DNA from: a bacterium
GTDB lineage: Bacteria > SZUA-79 > Acidulodesulfobacterales > Acidulodesulfobacteraceae
Reading direction: 5' to 3'
DNA: 64,000 nt
NCBI GenBank assembly: GCA_021809845.1
Contig: JAJZJW010000003.1
Location: 21,785-85,784, forward strand
Part shown: piece after piece, positions 55,701-64,000 of the stretch
Layout of the letters: every line of letters begins with the position of its first letter
How positions within the stretch are numbered: position 1 is the stretch's first letter
Made by a program: the position numbers and the translations under genes
The notes under the pieces: model-generated
The model's input: only the letters and a program-made list of their open reading frames with translations
What the model was told of the DNA's origin: nothing
The model's database searches: none

Positions 55701-56897
55701 TCATGCATATTCGTACAGATTTTCAGGCTTTTCACCGGCTCTCAATTTCTCCAGATAGGCATTATATTCTTCTTCTGATTTTTTCCAGTCAATTCCCATT
55801 TTTTCGCATAAAGGTCTCCAATCGGTCGTATGCCATTGAAGCTGGACTATTTTATAAACATCGGCTCCGCAGGCAAGAGCGGCAAACATAACATCCGCCA
55901 TAACAGGCACCTGTTCAGTGTAGCCCATGGCTTTGCCAATCCATTGATTTTTATCGAGGGTCGTCGTGCAGCCGGTATCCTGAGTTATACATACGTCGGA
56001 ATTAGCTTCACGTACCATAGGTCTTATTTTTCTATCCATAACAAAAGACCTTGAAGCTTCCCTTTCTGTTAATATATGCCTGAATCCAAATCCGCAGCAG
56101 TCGTACCATGTTGAATAATCGGCAACCTGAGCTCCCAGAGCAAGAGCAACGCCCGTCGAAACAGCAGTTCTTTTTCCTGCGTAAATGTCTTTATCATAAA
56201 TACAGTCTTCAGGAATCATCTTATAGCAATGACAGGCGGGGTGAACTGTCGTAATAATACTGCTTAAATCATATTTTCTAAGCTTTGCTATTTCAAACCT
56301 CATGACATGAACCCACTCGCTGTAATGGACTATTTCTTCCGGAATTACAAGGTCTCTGCCTATTTTATGCATTATTCTTCTAACTTCGTCTCTCAATTCT
56401 TTGTTTTCTACAAGCAGATTGCGCATTTCTTTATAATCCCCAAAAGACGTTGCACAGTGTATTAAAGGGAATAATCCTAATTCGTATGACCTATGCCAAT
56501 TTCTTACGGCAACAGCGGCAAGACCGACAGGATTTGAAGTGGCGGAGCCATGATAGTTCCACGCTGTACAAGAAGTCTGATTCTTTTCATCAATGTACTC
56601 TGTGCCGAATTTATTCATAAACCATAGAAGCGACACCGGATAACCGGGGATATTTCCGCATTGACCGCAAGATTTATGATGCCATAATTTTGTTGTAGGT
56701 ATCTTCTTTTTCCAGCCAAACAGTGTTTCGGCTTCGATTGGTTTATGCTCATCTGTTATGTGAATTACTTTTAGTTCGCCTTTAGCTTCAAGTTCTAAAA
56801 GTTCATTATGAATATTTTCAATCTTTCTGCCTGCGATATGCATAAAGTCTGATTTAACATCGGCAAGCCCTAATCTGTTCCTAATTTCAATAGCCAT
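55701..56897 (-). CDS. hdrB1: sHdr subunit B1 (CCG domain protein)
   Basis: WYDCCGFGF CCG motif plus further Cys-rich blocks (CGQCGN, HPACHCY). Position after hdrC1. Confidence 0.85.
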   Translation of the reverse strand: MAIEIRNRLGLADVKSDFMHIAGRKIENIHNELLELEAKGELKVIHITDEHKPIEAETLFGWKKKIPTTKLWHHKSCGQCGNIPGYPVSLLWFMNKFGTEYIDEKNQTSCTAWNYHGSATSNPVGLAAVAVRNWHRSYELGLFPLIHCATSFGDYKEMRNLLVENKELRDEVRRIMHKIGRDLVIPEEIVHYSEWVHVMRFEIAKLRKYDLSSIITTVHPACHCYKMIPEDCIYDKDIYAGKRTAVSTGVALALGAQVADYSTWYDCCGFGFRHILTEREASRSFVMDRKIRPMVREANSDVCITQDTGCTTTLDKNQWIGKAMGYTEQVPVMADVMFAALACGADVYKIVQLQWHTTDWRPLCEKMGIDWKKSEEEYNAYLEKLRAGEKPENLYEYA

Positions 56898-56967
56898 ATT
56901 ATGTTCTCCCGATTAATTTACTAAAAAAACATATGAATATACAGAATAATATAATATAAAATATTAT

Positions 56968-57095
56968 TAAGGTATCTTAAATCTTAAACCTTATTAAATT
57001 AAGTTATCTTAAATCTTAAACCTTATTAAATTAAGTTATCTTAAATCTTAAATCTTATTAAGATAAGGTATCTTAAACTTTAAATCTTAATTAAT
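56968..57095. repeat. 32-bp tandem repeat x4 inside the shdr operon (between C1 and B1)
   Basis: TATCTTAAATCTTAAACCTTATTAAATTAAGT, with copies at 56973, 57005, 57037 and 57069. Confidence 0.9.
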
Positions 57096-57106
57096 TAAGT
57101 TGTAAC

Positions 57107-57784
57107 TTATTCGCTTCTGACATCGTCTACAATATCTTGGATTATCTCATACAGCGAAGGGTCAACCACCTCTATAATTTTAAATACGCCTGCCTCATCA
57201 AAAATAGTATAAAGTTCTTTCATAGCTTCAGGGGCAACATCCCACGCGAGATTTGTGACCTGAAGCGTAGGCATAGGGATAGCTTTTCTTTTTAACGGCA
57301 AATCCTCGGATGCATAGCCTATATGCGGACCCCAATCAGGAAAAAAATCAGGCTGAATCATATCCGGAGATAACTGGTTTCCATATGCGGTTAGCTTTAA
57401 AAGAACACGGGAATAAGGCTTCAAAACTTTCTTTGCTGATTCAAATCCCCTTCTGACGGAAATTTCTCTTAATATTGCAATAACGCCGCCGGGATTATTT
57501 AAAAAAGGGCAAATCATAGCACACGTAAAACACTGAAAACAAGCCCATACGTATTCATCCATCATTCCCCACACAAGCGCAGGGTCGTTTGATTTGCAAT
57601 TTTGAAGGACCATCCTTGGAGAAAAGTCAAAAAATCTATGCGGCGGGCAGCCTCCCGTACATACTCCACAATTCAGACAGCCTTTTACATATTCTTCATA
57701 TCTGAAATCTTTTTTAGCTTCTTCAAAAATTTCCTTTTTAAAATCATTAGAGACAATACTTACACCATTTTCATCATATTCCAT
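57107..57784 (-). CDS. hdrC1: sHdr subunit C1 (2x[4Fe-4S])
   Basis: CLNCGVCTGGCP and CFQCFTCAMICP. Confidence 0.85.
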   Translation of the reverse strand: MEYDENGVSIVSNDFKKEIFEEAKKDFRYEEYVKGCLNCGVCTGGCPPHRFFDFSPRMVLQNCKSNDPALVWGMMDEYVWACFQCFTCAMICPFLNNPGGVIAILREISVRRGFESAKKVLKPYSRVLLKLTAYGNQLSPDMIQPDFFPDWGPHIGYASEDLPLKRKAIPMPTLQVTNLAWDVAPEAMKELYTIFDEAGVFKIIEVVDPSLYEIIQDIVDDVRSE

Positions 57785-58072
57785 TATTTATTGTCCTCCT
57801 TGTAATTATAAGCAATTATAGTATTGTGTATACTTAATATTAATTAACTGTGAACTATTCCTGCCTTGAGAGACATAAGCTTCTACTCCAGATATGATGG
57901 CTATATCCGATATTATGAATACCCACCGGAGCATACTCCGCAGGCGTTGATGAGCTTCGCTGATTTCCGCGTTGCTCCAATTCCGACCGTTACAATCCGC
58001 TTAAGAAGCTTAATTTTTATTGCTGATTTTTTGATAAAAATATCACTCAACAATTATATATTATATATTTGT

Positions 58073-58178
58073 AATTATTATATTTCCGTGACAAATAGCA
58101 ATAATAGAACTTACATTTATATTGTATATTGGTGATTATTATATTTATGTGACAAATAGCACAATAATATAACTTATC
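58073..58178. repeat. ~63-bp direct repeat x2
   Basis: ATTATTATATTT(C/A)(C/T)GTGACAAATAGCA(C)AATAATA(G/T)AACTTA occurs at ~58073-58112 and ~58136-58178. Confidence 0.8.
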
Positions 58179-58187
58179 AGCACTCAT

Positions 58188-59564
58188 CTACAATGTGTCC
58201 TCGATATTTTCGACATCTTCAGCTTTTCGTTCCGCCGCTTTACTGAGCATATCAAGTTCGCTTGCCGAATATAGGCTCATTTCCGTTTTTCCTCCTGCGT
58301 GAAGTATCTGCAAATATTGAAATATCGTAACAAAAAATAAACCGCCTATTATATTCCCTAAAATAGTAAGAGGGACAAATTCAAGCAGCCAAGGAATGTA
58401 TGACATCCCCGAACCAGAATTTATTGATATTAATATCTCGGAAGAGGCGACAACTATATGGCTGAAAGAACCTAAATAAATCATAAAACCTACTACCCAT
58501 ATTATAACCATCCTCGCCAATGTCCCGTTTGAAGCAATTAAAAGCCAAGTCATCAAGGTAATAAGCCAACCTGCAAAAATACCGCTAAGCACCATCATAT
58601 AAGGAGTCCTTGACATATAACTGTGTGCTACTGCATGAATATGATTAATAACAAATACAGGCAACAGCAATCCTAAGGAACTTGCAATAATTAAAGCAAA
58701 TAGAAAAATACCTCCCATATTTCCGGCTAAAGTCAATCCCCATAATTTAAATAACCTTCTTATTTTGGTTTTTCTAGCTAAAATCGTAGTAACCGGAAGT
58801 AAAAAATTTTCTGTAAAAAGTTCGCTTTTTCCTATTAGCAAAAACAAAAAGCCTATCGGAAAAAACAAAGCGCCAAATATCTTAGAAGTCGGTCCTCCGA
58901 CTAAAGGTTGCGTTGCTCCTGCAACATAAGAAGAAGCGATGATACCGAAGGTGACATTCATACCGGCAATTAGACCCGACATAAACATTTCAAGCCAGCT
59001 TCTGTTCAACCTTAATAATCCAACTTCAACGGATGCATTAAATATTTCTGAGGGCTCTTTTCCGCCGGGCTTTTCTTTTTCGTTAATTGCGCCTATGCTT
59101 TTTTTTGTTTTTTCTAAAATCTCGTTTATTTTTTTGGAAAGATATAACGAGTGGTGAATTTCATCAGCAAGATTATTTTCTATTAATGTTTTAACTCCCT
59201 CGTCTTCAATGATTTCTAAGGCAGCGGTATAATCGTTGATAGCAATTTCTTCAAGTTTTAAATCAATCCTGAGCATGTCTAAGGGGGCTGAAACCTCATG
59301 CGAAGCATCAGTTATTCCCTTTTGTATATCGCGGACTTCGCTTACGGTGCGCGGTTTTCCGCCAAGTTCGGTTATTTTATCTCTTATATTTATTATGTGA
59401 CCGCTTTCGCTTGAAGCAAAAGATTTTAAAGTCTGAATAAGCGACGGGTCGTTGAGATTTTTCGATTGTTGAAGATACAGGTCTCTTCCTGCAATTTCTG
59501 CATTTAAAAATTTATGCAGAAGCTCTATAATCTGGTCTTTATTGAGGATATTTTTATGCTCCAT
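58188..59564 (-). CDS. fusion protein: N-terminal ferritin-like di-iron domain plus C-terminal formate/nitrite transporter (FNT) channel
   Basis: aa 1-150 carry E...ESGH...EE...DEIHH (E/ExxH x2). aa ~175-440 form six TM helices with FNT signatures ELFTENF, GNMGGIF, FSHIVVAS and GNIIGGLFFV. Confidence 0.8.
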   Translation of the reverse strand: MEHKNILNKDQIIELLHKFLNAEIAGRDLYLQQSKNLNDPSLIQTLKSFASSESGHIINIRDKITELGGKPRTVSEVRDIQKGITDASHEVSAPLDMLRIDLKLEEIAINDYTAALEIIEDEGVKTLIENNLADEIHHSLYLSKKINEILEKTKKSIGAINEKEKPGGKEPSEIFNASVEVGLLRLNRSWLEMFMSGLIAGMNVTFGIIASSYVAGATQPLVGGPTSKIFGALFFPIGFLFLLIGKSELFTENFLLPVTTILARKTKIRRLFKLWGLTLAGNMGGIFLFALIIASSLGLLLPVFVINHIHAVAHSYMSRTPYMMVLSGIFAGWLITLMTWLLIASNGTLARMVIIWVVGFMIYLGSFSHIVVASSEILISINSGSGMSYIPWLLEFVPLTILGNIIGGLFFVTIFQYLQILHAGGKTEMSLYSASELDMLSKAAERKAEDVENIEDTL

Positions 59565-59711
59565 AAGATTATTCGATGTTTGTTTTAATTAGATTGCATC
59601 GATTTAATCGATTTAATCATTTAGTTATATATGGTTGAGATTATAGCGATTTTAATTAATTAATTATTTATTTACATTGCATTATATTAATTAATTATAT
59701 TAATTGATTGA

Positions 59712-59955
59712 AATTTACTATTTAATTGCATATATTTTAGACCGATTTAATTAATCAATTAATTTAAATAATTAATCAATAATTAATCAAAATTTATCAT
59801 TTAATTGCATATATTTTAGACCGATTTAATTAATCAATTAATTTAAATAATTAATCAATAATTAATCAAAATTTATCATTTAATTGCATATATTTTAAAC
59901 TGATTTAATTAATCAATTAATTTAAATAATTAATCAATAATTAATCAAAATTTAT
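59712..59955. repeat. 79-bp tandem repeat x3
   Basis: Marker TTTAATTGCATATATTTTAGACCGATTTAATTAATCAATTAATTTAAATAATTAATCAATAATTAATCAAAATTTATCA starts at 59721, 59800 and 59879. Confidence 0.95.
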
Positions 59956-60162
59956 TATTTACTTGTACGTGGTTATTACCACATATGTATGATTATACCA
60001 TACAATTTACACTTTTCAAGTTAACATAAGTTAAGCATTCAAATCCAATATAGAATTGACTTTTAAGTCATTTTAGTATATCATTTTCTATAACATTTTT
60101 ATAACTTGATTGCCATTTTAACAATACAACTAAAAAACCTATTTGTTAATTAGTTTAGTTAT

Positions 60163-60282
60163 TAGTCATTTAGTCATTTAGTCATTTAGTCATTTAGTCA
60201 TTTAGTCATTTAGTCATTTAGTCATTTGGTCATTTGGTCATTTGGTCATTTGGTCATTTAATTGTTTAATTGTTTAATTGTT
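60163..60282. repeat. 8-nt simple sequence repeats upstream of the MFS gene
   Basis: (TAGTCATT)x~8, then (TGGTCATT)x4, then (TAATTGTT)x3. The array ends 76 nt before the ATG at 60358. Confidence 0.95.
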
Positions 60283-60357
60283 CAGTCATAAAAGCCGAAT
60301 AAACAATTCGACATAAAAAATTTAGCAAACAAGAATAGCGCAAACAAAATAAATAAA

Positions 60358-61791
60358 ATGCCAAAAAAAACTGCTATAGCGAGCGACTCCGATAAAGCCA
60401 CAAAATCCTTACTTATAGCTATACTTTCTACAATAGCTTTGGCAGATTTCGGACTTGGGTTGAACACGGTAGTACTGCCGTTATATGCCAAAAGTCTCGG
60501 TGCAAGTATAGTTACTATAGGTTTAATAATTGCTTCTTTCGGATTAGCCCGCATTTTGATAAACATACCCGTCAGCATATTAAGTAAAAAATTTAAAATG
60601 CAGTTTATGCATGTCGGCATGTTTATGATTTTATCCGGAGCCGTCGGATACTTTTTTTCCACTTTTTACGGCGAATTATTTATCTTTAGATTTTTAGAAG
60701 GGTTCGGGTCTGGAATTATAAACACATCTTCGATGATAATGCTCACTAAACATCTTTACAAAGATGAAAAACGAGCTAAAGTGCTAAGTAAATACATGAT
60801 AGCAAGACGTCTTTCCATGGGCTCGGCACCTTTTATCGGCGCTGCCGTAGCTTACAAATTTCATTTTAAAAGCGCCTTTTTGCTTTACGCAATATTAATG
60901 CTTATAGGCTTTTCAATATCATTATACAATAGAAAATTATTGAAAAAGTTTTATAATGGGGAAAAAGAAGAAAATAAAACTAAAGAAAATGAGTCATCCG
61001 CGGTTATAGAACAATTTAAAGAAGAAGGAGAGGGAGGAGTAGAAAAAGGGGAAAAAGAAAATGCGGTTCAAGTAAATAATTCAGAACAAATAAATCAGGT
61101 GAATGAAGCAAATCAAGTAAATCAAGTTAATCAAGTGAATAAAATGAATGAAGCAAACAAAATTAATCAAATAAATCAAGTAAACGAAGCAAATCAGGTA
61201 AATCAAGTTAATAAGAAAAGAAAATATATAAACTTAATAAAAAATATAAGTTTTATGCTTTTATGCCTTTTAACCTTTTCTTTTTTCTTCTCAAGAATAG
61301 GCTCTAGAAGAGAACTTGTACCATTGGTTGGTGTAAGTATAATGCACATAAACCAGGCTTATATAGGACTTCTTGTATCAATATCCGCATTAATAGGGGT
61401 GGCGCTGACTTATTACTCGGACAGGGTCATTGATAAATTGGGTATAAAAAGGTCTATAGTAATATCTTTTGTTATCTCTGCTTCAGGTGTGCTCTGGTTT
61501 ATAATATTTAATAATTTATACGGATTTATCGCCTCAATAATGTTATTAAGTGCGGGAGGCGGATTTTCCGGACCGGCAAGAAATTTATATCTTATGGACA
61601 GCGTTGATAAGCTCCATTATGAAGAAGCAATCGGAATTTACAGAACATTAAGCGATTTGGGATTTGTATTAGGACCTGCCGCAATAGGCTTTGTTTTCAG
61701 TTATTACAATTATCTTTCCGCCTATTCGGCTGTTGCGGCAATAATGATTACAGCAGCAATTTTATTTGGAGCTTTTGCAAAAAGATATTAA
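60358..61791 (+). CDS. MFS transporter with Gln/Asn-repeat central loop
   Basis: 12-TM layout with the MFS loop 2-3 region GLARILINIPVSILSKKF. The central cytoplasmic loop contains NQVNEANQVNQVNQVNKMNEANKINQINQVNEANQVNQVNKK. Confidence 0.8.
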   Translation: MPKKTAIASDSDKATKSLLIAILSTIALADFGLGLNTVVLPLYAKSLGASIVTIGLIIASFGLARILINIPVSILSKKFKMQFMHVGMFMILSGAVGYFFSTFYGELFIFRFLEGFGSGIINTSSMIMLTKHLYKDEKRAKVLSKYMIARRLSMGSAPFIGAAVAYKFHFKSAFLLYAILMLIGFSISLYNRKLLKKFYNGEKEENKTKENESSAVIEQFKEEGEGGVEKGEKENAVQVNNSEQINQVNEANQVNQVNQVNKMNEANKINQINQVNEANQVNQVNKKRKYINLIKNISFMLLCLLTFSFFFSRIGSRRELVPLVGVSIMHINQAYIGLLVSISALIGVALTYYSDRVIDKLGIKRSIVISFVISASGVLWFIIFNNLYGFIASIMLLSAGGGFSGPARNLYLMDSVDKLHYEEAIGIYRTLSDLGFVLGPAAIGFVFSYYNYLSAYSAVAAIMITAAILFGAFAKRY

Positions 61792-61792
61792 T

Positions 61793-61920
61793 TATTAATT
61801 ATTTGTTATTTATATTTAATTATTATTTATTTGTTATTTATATTTAATTATTATTTATTTGTTATTTATATTTAATTATTATTTATTTGTTATTTATATT
61901 TAATTATTATTTATTTATTA
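61793..61920. repeat. 28-bp tandem repeat x4
   Basis: ATTTATTTGTTATTTATATTTAATTATT repeated. Confidence 0.9.
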
Positions 61921-61971
61921 ACTATTAATTAATAGTTAAATATTAATTGGTATCACTAATATCATTTATAA

Positions 61972-62688
61972 TTAATAAAATGCGATAAACCTGCCGGCAA
62001 TAAACCCTATCGTCGCTGCAATACCGCCAATTGCAACAACCTCTAACGCACTTTTAAACGGCTTTGTTTTTGTTATTTTAGATTTTGCAAGTCCGGTAAA
62101 TATAAGCACAAAAATTGAAAATAAAATGGAGATAATTACAGCATTGGATGAGTTTTTAATAAAAAAATAAGGCAAGAGCGGCGGTATTCCGCCGGCTAAA
62201 AAAGAAACTCCTGTGTATAAAGCCAGTTTCATAGGATTTTCATGATAATCGCTCCCTATGCCCAGTTCATCCGATACCATAAAACTTAGCAGCAGCCGCC
62301 TGTCGGACATCAATCTTTTTACAATAGGTTTAATTTCTTCAACTGTAAAACCTTTATCCTGATATATTTCGTATATCTCTTCTTCTTCATGCAACGGGTC
62401 TTCTTTAATTTCTCTTCTTTCCCTGTTAATCTCTTTCATATAAAATTCATTTTGTGATTTTGTAGCAAGATATGCACCGAAAAACATAGATATAGTACCT
62501 GCCACAACTTCTGCCATGCCGGACATAAGGACGATTTTGGTGTTTACAAGTGCGCCGGTAACACCGGCTACAAAACCGATGGTCGTTACAAGCCCGTCGT
62601 TAATGCCGAAAACAAACTCCCTAATAAGCCTGCCCTCAGGAGTATGCCAATCTTCATTATGAAATTTTTTAAGCGGGTCGGTCGCCAT
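61972..62688 (-). CDS. VIT1/CCC1-family iron/manganese transporter
   Basis: LIREFVFGINDGLVTTIGFVAGV signature, an acidic cytoplasmic helix (REIKEDPLHEEEEIYEIY) and 5 TM helices. Confidence 0.8.
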   Translation of the reverse strand: MATDPLKKFHNEDWHTPEGRLIREFVFGINDGLVTTIGFVAGVTGALVNTKIVLMSGMAEVVAGTISMFFGAYLATKSQNEFYMKEINRERREIKEDPLHEEEEIYEIYQDKGFTVEEIKPIVKRLMSDRRLLLSFMVSDELGIGSDYHENPMKLALYTGVSFLAGGIPPLLPYFFIKNSSNAVIISILFSIFVLIFTGLAKSKITKTKPFKSALEVVAIGGIAATIGFIAGRFIAFY

Positions 62689-62789
62689 AAATAACTATAT
62701 TTTATATTTGTTTATATTTATTACTTTTGTTATTTAATTATTTATTTATATATATTATCTAATTGTTTATATTTGTTATTTAATTATAA

Positions 62790-63713
62790 TTATTTCACTA
62801 CAAGAACAGAACAGGGCAGCGCCCCGATAAGTCTTTGAGTCGTACTTCCGAGAAATATTTCTTTAAATTTTTCTTTAGCCTCGCCTTTATATCCTATGAC
62901 AAGCAGCTTTTTATCAGTCTGTTCTATAAAATCGTTAATTTCTTTACATGGCGTCCCTTTCCTTACGACGACATTGAGATTGTTTTTTTCTTTAGAGTAT
63001 CTGTAGCCCAAACCTTTTATTATGGCTGTAAATTTTTCGGCAATATCACGTTCTAATAATTCAAGCGCGTTTTTATCTAAATTTTTAATGTATTTTTCGT
63101 CTATGACAGTAAGTAGCGTCATAGTTTTAATAATATCAGGCGGTATTTTATCTAAAACAGCAGTTGCCTTAAGTGATGATTCTGAAAAATCCGTCGCAAA
63201 AACAACATCTGTAAATGTGTTTTTGCAACCAATATCATCTCTTTCGTCATTTTTCATGAGACTGGACGAATGCATTAAGACTCGCTTAGTTATTAATACC
63301 GGTTTATTTGATCTGGTCACTATATCGTAAAGCGGCGAATCGTAAAATGAAAAAAAAGAATTTGCCTTACCGGCGGCTTTTTTATCAAGAACAATAAAAT
63401 CTATATCTTCTCTGTCTGCTTCTTTGGCTACCTCATCGGCAATGTTGCCTACTTTTATGACGCAGCTTACACCAAAACCGTATTTTTCTAAATTTTTTTT
63501 AATATCTTCAAGCTTGATTTCAGATGTTTTTCTTATTTTTTCTTCATCTTCTTTATTGTAACGTGAGTAAAGACTATGCTGAAGTTTTGTTATATCAATA
63601 ACATGCATTAGGACAATTTCTTTAAGTCCAATTTTTGCAAAATTAGCAAAGCAATCAAGATTTTCGAAAAAAAACTCTCCAAAATTTATGGCATAAAGTG
63701 CCGTATTTAGCAT
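62790..63713 (-). CDS. tandem universal stress protein (2 USP domains)
   Basis: Two USP-like halves. The C-terminal half ends in LGSTTQRLIGALPCSVLVVK, the typical USP terminus. Confidence 0.7.
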   Translation of the reverse strand: MLNTALYAINFGEFFFENLDCFANFAKIGLKEIVLMHVIDITKLQHSLYSRYNKEDEEKIRKTSEIKLEDIKKNLEKYGFGVSCVIKVGNIADEVAKEADREDIDFIVLDKKAAGKANSFFSFYDSPLYDIVTRSNKPVLITKRVLMHSSSLMKNDERDDIGCKNTFTDVVFATDFSESSLKATAVLDKIPPDIIKTMTLLTVIDEKYIKNLDKNALELLERDIAEKFTAIIKGLGYRYSKEKNNLNVVVRKGTPCKEINDFIEQTDKKLLVIGYKGEAKEKFKEIFLGSTTQRLIGALPCSVLVVK

Positions 63714-63807
63714 AACAGCCCCTCAAATTTTATAAAATCCATAGTTTTTAACGATAGCTTTATTTTTTAATAAAATAAATCTGGCACGTTTTTTTATACA
63801 CGTTTTT

Positions 63808-64000
63808 CTAGTTATATATTTCTTTTCTATGACCTACTTCAAGAATCGTCATACTTTTCTCGGCGATGTTAACGACATAAATTATGCGATAATCACCATA
63901 GCGATATCTAAACATTCCTGCAAGACTTTGTTTTAAAGGCTTGCCTAATCCGATTGGGTCTTGTGGCAAGTACGTTTCTACTTTTTCAAATACTTTTTGT
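63808..64000 (-). CDS. RelE/ParE-family type II toxin, 5'-truncated by the window edge
   Basis: Own translation of the minus strand: ..QKVFEKVETYLPQDPIGLGKPLKQSLAGMFRYRYGDYRIIYVVNIAEKSMTILEVGHRKEIYN*. The GDYRIIY..ILEVGHRKEIY pattern is classic RelE/ParE. Stop at 63808-63810. Confidence 0.7.
   Translation of the reverse strand, partial: QKVFEKVETYLPQDPIGLGKPLKQSLAGMFRYRYGDYRIIYVVNIAEKSMTILEVGHRKEIYN

Noticed and set aside
59712-59955. Possible CRISPR arrays (also considered at 11697-11840, 48825-49075 and 18445-18680)
   Set aside because: The units are strictly head-to-tail with no unique spacers, are A/T-rich without a palindromic CRISPR-repeat character, and no cas genes are present in the window.
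60282-60662. 126-aa minus-strand ORF overlapping the MFS 5' end
   Set aside because: It lies antisense to a strongly supported MFS N-terminus and starts inside that gene. No independent signal supports it.
1-64000. Prophage, integrative element, IS or defence-island content
   Set aside because: I found no integrase, transposase, recombinase, phage structural, restriction-modification or cas-like ORFs. The only accessory-type genes are two type II TA modules.

Overview
AT-rich bacterial chromosomal segment. I recognised no rRNA, tRNA, transposase, integrase or cas genes. There are about 50 credible CDS, and all but three lie on the minus strand.

Gene content, left to right:
- DUF2784-like and DUF445 membrane proteins.
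- A Tat-exported Mo/W-bisPGD oxidoreductase module in the order FeS subunit, NrfD-type membrane subunit, 1036-aa catalytic subunit, TorD-like chaperone. This B-C-A order is tetrathionate-reductase-like.
- Four paralogous class-I c-type cytochromes (one dihaem), interleaved with a NarL/LuxR-type two-component pair.
- Housekeeping genes: ubiE/menG, dut, an exoX-like exonuclease and a PRTase.
- A PAS-GGDEF cyclase.
- A putative flagellin-modification island: APS kinase, sulfotransferase, two ~630-aa GT9-like proteins, a Maf-N-terminus/CgeB-type glycosyltransferase and a TPR-GT41 protein. It is contiguous with fliS-fliD-flaG-flagellin.
- aroK-aroC-folE2.
- A YafQ/DinJ toxin-antitoxin pair.
- pilM-pilN-pil(O-P fusion)-pilQ.
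- A GT39/ArnT-like protein and an erythrin-type rubrerythrin.
- A complete type-I sulfur-oxidation heterodisulfide-reductase-like cluster (shdrC1-B1-A-H-C2-B2).
- A ferritin-like::formate/nitrite-transporter fusion.
- MFS, VIT1/CCC1 and tandem-USP genes, and a truncated RelE/ParE gene at the right edge.

The most unusual property is structural. Almost every intergenic region, even inside conserved operons, carries AT-rich tandem repeats. Many of these are 'ghost' duplications of the adjacent gene's 3' (or 5') end. Several housekeeping enzymes carry in-frame Asn/Lys/Asp-rich repeat insertions.

All family assignments come from motif recognition by eye; no database search was run.
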